DNA from: the human T2T-CHM13v2.0 reference genome, Homo sapiens
DNA: 64,000 nucleotides
Assembly: GCF_009914755.1 (NCBI RefSeq)
Contig: NC_060925.1
Strand: one strand, 5' to 3'
The translations under genes were made by a program, and so were the position numbers. Under the pieces are notes generated by a model, which saw only the letters and a program-made list of their open reading frames with translations, had not been told where the DNA came from and did no database searches. Of the stretch, positions 59,057-64,000 are shown piece by piece; within the stretch, counting starts at the first letter, position 1, and every line of letters begins with the position of its first letter.

Positions 59057-60494
59057 TGGTTCAATATATATTTGTCCAATAAAAGGAAGAACAAATGGCT
59101 AAAATGGTTAATTTAAGCAGAAAAATGTTTATTTGGAGGATGTTGAATAACAGAATTTAAGTAAAAAGTGAGCACTTAGGCCTCAAGAAGTCCCAAGAAG
59201 AACCAGAGCAGTTTGCAGGGGTAGGGACCTAGGTAATAGTAAGGAACAATGCCTTCAGTGTACCACAGTCATAAAAAATCAGCTCTAGCCATTTTGCTTC
59301 CTCACATCACTCTAAGATTCAGCTTCCCGGGAAACTCAGCCTGATTGGTGTAGGCTGAGTTTAGGTCACATGTCTCCCTTGCCCAGTGAAAGGTGGGTAC
59401 ACCTTGATTGACATTCTCACCACAACTGCATTCAGGAAGACAAGGATTGTTTCCCAATAAAGTGTCACAAGGCTGTTACCAAAAGAAGGAGGAATACTAG
59501 ACATGCACAAATAAAAGATATCCACTTCGCCAACTCTTGATATCTCACATAGATGGTCAGCTGGTAAAACTAACATGGATCAGAGCCAGATTATGTAGAA
59601 TGTTACAAGGCCTGATAATGAGCTTGGGCCTTATTCTCTAGAATAATGAAACTTTTTTTGGGGAAGGGGGAGGGTCATAGATCTCTTTGAAATTTTGAAA
59701 TTTTGGGGCCACATATTGGGCCCTCTTCTCTCCTAGAAGATTATGCTTATGCTTTAAAAAAGATTTGTTTTTGTTTTGTTTTGTATAACATTTCAAGAGT
59801 TTGTTTTACCTCTTGAAGTATATCCATAGTTGGTGGGAAAAGGAGCTAGTCTCAACCTGAAAAACAATCAGAATATTATATCTCTCTCAGCTTCTGATAT
59901 TTGCACTGCTGATTCTCCTTAATCTCTTTGATTTCTCTTGGAGGAATTTGGTTAAGAGATGATGAGGGTCTTATTAACACAGTGTGGAAATAGGGATAAA
60001 AATAATTTGCAATTTAAAGAATTATTTAGGAAACAAAATATGCAGAACTAGCTCGACTGTTGATTATATATGGGGAGTACAGTCAAGTATGACTTATAGG
60101 TTTTTAGCTTGTAGGAATTGCAGGGGAAATATATAGGGCAGGTAGAAAGGTTGACCTTAAATGTGAGAAGGGACAGCCTCATCCTTTGAGTGGGACTTTA
60201 GGAAAAAAGATCATAGTAACTGGACTTAAGTTTATCAAGAAGGAAGGTAATGAGAGAGGAAGTGGAGTAGAGATTGGTAAAAGGATTGATGTGCAGTACT
60301 GAGGGTCCAGGTGAGATTTCAGACCAGGAATTTGAAGTAGTGACATCAGTTATATAATAATATTTTCTCCACCAATGAAGAGAAAGTTTAAGATTCACTA
60401 ACAGTTGATGTGTACTGGCTGATTTGCGGGTGAAACAACAGGAATACATGGAATAGAGGAATCTGAGCAAAGACTAACTCAAAGATGGTGGTGT

Positions 60495-60730
60495 ATAACT
60501 TATAGAACTCCCATTCTGTGTTGGGCGCATAAATGATCTTTGTAGATACCATTTCATTTACTCAAATAACCCTGCGAGCCAGGCACTGTTATCCCTGTGA
60601 TGAAACTGAGGCTCAGAGAGGTTAAGACACTTGCCAAGGATTACAGAGCTAGTAAGTGGCAGAACTGGGCTTTAAACCCAGGAAGCTAGATTCCAAAGTC
60701 TTGTGTTCTTAACTACTAAGCTACACTGTT
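60495..60730 (-). mobile_element. MIR
   Basis: GAAACTGAGGCTCAGAGAGGTTAAG..CTTGCCAAGG..GAGCTAGTAAGTGGCAGA. Confidence 0.8.
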
Positions 60731-61383
60731 GATCACCCTTGGAGTCGTGGGTTAGGAGAAAAGGAAGGGAAACAATAAGGTGGGAGAAGATGAAGGACTT
60801 AGGGCTCAAAGCTGATGCTTCAGTGAGGTGGAAAACCTGTGCTGTGGGGTTTTCCTCAGATTACACACACGTGCACACGTGTTTATATCAGGTGCTGAAA
60901 AAAAGATAATTAATTTAGATATTTACCAGGAATTCTTTCAGAAGCATTTTTAATGAGTCATATTTGCACTGCACAATTCTTTTTGCTTCATTTTTATATA
61001 GTTGAAGGCAGTAAGGAATTCTTGTACAAGTAAACATCTTTTCCTTTTGTACCCCTCATCACTGCGAATTTGATAGAACCCTTAGTAAATGACCAGGTTG
61101 TTTTTTACACTTTTTTTTCTCTCCCACAACGTAACATGGGTTTGGCAAGCTTTAAAAAATGTTAGTATGTTTGTATCCACTAGTATACCTCTGACCATTT
61201 AATAGGAGATCCCTGCCAATTAGAGCTAGTGATGTTTTGTTCTAATTTGGAGAGACAGGGTGTGTCTGTCTTTAAATTCTCTGTCAGTTTTCCTTTTTGT
61301 AAAAAAAAAAAAAAAAAAACAAAACCTCAATTCCCAAATTATAAATAAATTTGAGCAATTGCAGACTAAGGGAATAAGAATGA

Positions 61384-61718
<335 letters not shown>

Positions 61719-61912
61719 GAGTGGAACACCTTCTTAACACAGAACTAGTTGATTTATTTTTTCCTAATGCTTGGCTTTTTCCAAGTTTTTGTTACCCAAG
61801 ATAACATTAGTCAAACTAGCACTTTGAGAAAAGGAGTTAAAGTTTTTTTATTGTTAAATTTGGGTAACTGGTCATATTTTCCTTTGTCTCTTACTGTCTC
61901 ATACCCTTAGAT

Positions 61913-62406
61913 CAGGGGTCTCCAACCCCTGGGCCACAGACTAGTTAGTAAAGGTCCATGGCCTGTTAGGAACCAGGCTGCACAGCAGGAGGTAAGCAGC
62001 GTTGAGTGTTACTGCCTGAGCCCCGCCTCTTATCAGATCACTAGTGGCATTAGATTCTCATAGGAGTGCAAACCCTATTATGAATTGCATATGTACATAA
62101 TCTAGCTTGCACGCTTCTTATGAGAATCTAATGCCTGATGATCTGTTGCTGTCTCCCATCACCCCCAGATGGGACTGTCTAGTTGCAGGAAAATAAGCTC
62201 AGGGTTCCCACTGATTCTACAGTATGGTGAGCTGTATAATTGTTTCATATCATTATTATTATTACAGTGTAATAATAATAGAAAGAAAGTGCACAATAAA
62301 TGTAATGCGTTTGAATCATCCTGAATCCATCTCCCACGCCCACTCCAGTCTGTGAAAAAATTGTCTTCCATGAAACTGGTTCTGCCAAAAAGGTTGGGGA
62401 TCGCTG
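61913..62406. mobile_element. hAT-Charlie element (MER1A-like)
   Basis: Termini CAGGGGTCTCCAACC / GGTTGGGGATCGCTG; 8-bp TSD CCTTAGAT / CCTTAAAT. Confidence 0.88.
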
Positions 62407-62590
62407 CCTTAAATTATGTAGATAAACGTAACAGATATTTGTGGTTATATCAGGGACTATTATAACATTTTTTCTGTATTAATCTAGATATTTAGCTAAA
62501 GCTCAACATGCTTTACAGATTGATATGGCTAATGTTTCAATTGTTTGCTTCTTGCTACTGTAAGGTTTCTTAGAATTAGGGCTCTAGATC

Positions 62591-62714
62591 TTTTTTTTTT
62601 TTTCCTTCTTTTAAATTAAGAGATGAGGTCCAAGCTGGTCTCAAACTCCTAACCCCTTCCCACCTTAGCCTCTCAAAGTGCTAGGATTACTGACATGAGC
62701 CAGTGTGCCTGGCC
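62591..62714 (-). mobile_element. Alu monomer (FLAM-like)
   Basis: Poly-T plus degenerate left arm ending CCTGGCC. Confidence 0.8.
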
Positions 62715-62936
62715 AGGGATCCAGATCTAATACATGTTAAGATCATAGCTTTTAGAATGTTTAGTCATAGGTATTTAACTGTAGTTTCTTCCTTTGAACC
62801 CCGAACTTCAAGGCGTTTAGTAACACTTTTAAGGTCTGTGTTCAGGTGGTTTTTGGTTTGACTGTAAATACTTTTTTCTGTTTAACATTTCTTAGTTCAA
62901 ATCTAGGTCACAACCTGTCTGTACTCTTGTAGAGAA

Positions 62937-63052
62937 TTTTATTTTTTAAATTTTATTTATTTATTTATTTTTCACAGTCTTGCTCTGTTGCCCAGGCTGG
63001 AGTGCAGTGGCACAATCTTGGCTCACTGGAGCCTCTGCCTCCCAGGTTCAAA
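62937..63052 (-). mobile_element. Partial Alu (3' part), cut off at the pseudogene tail
   Basis: (TTTA)n tail, then CAGTCTTGCTCTGTTGCCCAGGCTGGAGTGCAGTGG..CCCAGGTTCAA, then an abrupt end. Confidence 0.88.

Positions 63053-63054
<2 letters not shown>

Positions 63055-63090
<36 letters not shown>
63055..63090. repeat. (GT)18 microsatellite
   Basis: Perfect run. Confidence 0.97.
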
Positions 63091-63091
<1 letters not shown>

Positions 63092-63092
<1 letters not shown>

Positions 63093-64000
63093 TTTTTTTT
63101 TTTGACTTCCAGTGACCTTTGAACTTTTTATTGGCTTCCTGCTCCCCAAAGGGTACCCTGCTTCTGCTGGCTTAATTCTCAGAACTTTGGTGTCATTGGT
63201 CTCAGATACCACTTTGCCATCCACTATCTGGTGGATGGTCGTCTTTTGGATGGTTCGCATGGAGTTGCTGCTGTCCAGGGCATCACCAAGATTGAAGTCC
63301 TTGCCATCTTCCAGCAGGTGGTGGTAGGTGGCGATCTCAGCCTCTAGTTTGACCTTGATATTCAGCAGGGCCTCGTACTCACTCCTGGGCCTGGTGTTGC
63401 CCCTCTGCCCGGGTCTGTGCCAGCTCTGACTGCAGTTGCAGCAGGATCCCGTTTAGCTGCTCCATCTGCAGGAAGTAGAGGGCCTCCACCTCCCTCAGTC
63501 TGTTCTACAAACTGGCCTTCACATTTCTCACTGAGTCCAGGTCAATCTTTAAGGACTGGACTGTATGTCTCAGCTCTGTGAGCGTCATCTTAGCCTCTCC
63601 AGCCTCAGCAGACTGCGTGGTGACCACTGTGGTGCCCTCCTCAATCTGCTGAGACCAGTACTTGTCTAGCTCCTGTCGATTCTTTCAAGCCAGCTCATTG
63701 TATTGGGCCGAGATGTCTGCCATGATCTTGCTGTCCTGAGATTTGGGGGCATCTGCCTCCATGGTCAACCCAGAGCTGGCAATCTGGGCTTGTAGGCCTT
63801 TTACTTCCCCTTTATGGTTCTTCTTCATGAAGAACAGCTCTTCGTTGAGAGCCTCGATCTCTGGCTTCAGCTGCAGCCAAGTGACATTGATGTCATCATT
63901 GACCTTGTGGAGTCCGTGGATGTCACTCTCCACAGACTGGCACATGGCCAGCTCTGTCTCATACTTGACTCTAAAGTCATCAGTAGCAAGATGGGCATTG
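63092..64000 (-). pseudogene. KRT18P57: Keratin 18 processed pseudogene (3' portion; 5' end beyond window)
   Basis: Intronless keratin-18 peptides (EIEALNEELFFMKKNH..GLQAQIASSGLT; MRTIQKTTIHQIVDGKVVSETNDTKVLR); premature stop at 63685-63687; 4-nt GAGT duplication frameshift near 63378; AATAAA (63127-63132) and poly(A) remnant 63092-63103. The paralogue number is from recall only. Confidence 0.92.

Noticed and set aside
63048-63945. Keratin-like ORFs as a functional gene
   Set aside because: Intronless, with premature stops, frameshifts and a poly(A) remnant: a processed pseudogene

Overview
Human (hominoid primate) genomic DNA with no intact protein-coding exon. The centre is a CpG-island promoter and non-coding first exon (~34650-34805, + strand, GGA-repeat 5'UTR, GT donor at 34806). 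I recognise this from recall as RAP1A on 1p13, and it is followed by ~29 kb of intron 1. The intron holds a probable L1-derived 5'UTR cassette exon (42340-42433) and the 3' part of a KRT18 processed pseudogene (63092-64000, - strand). Upstream lie a full-length SVA (21884-23777, - strand, 13-bp TSD), a nested MER21/Alu/MST LTR stack, L2/L1/MIR relics, hAT DNA-transposon relics and many Alus. I found no new multi-gene system. The most interesting observations are small: an unexplained 109-bp dispersed duplication with retro-insertion hallmarks, uATGs in the exonised L1, a tailless AluY head-to-head with a second Alu, a palindromic templated insertion inside an Alu, and a 27-bp orphan micro-insertion with a perfect TSD. 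Repeat subfamily names and old-repeat boundaries are by eye and approximate.
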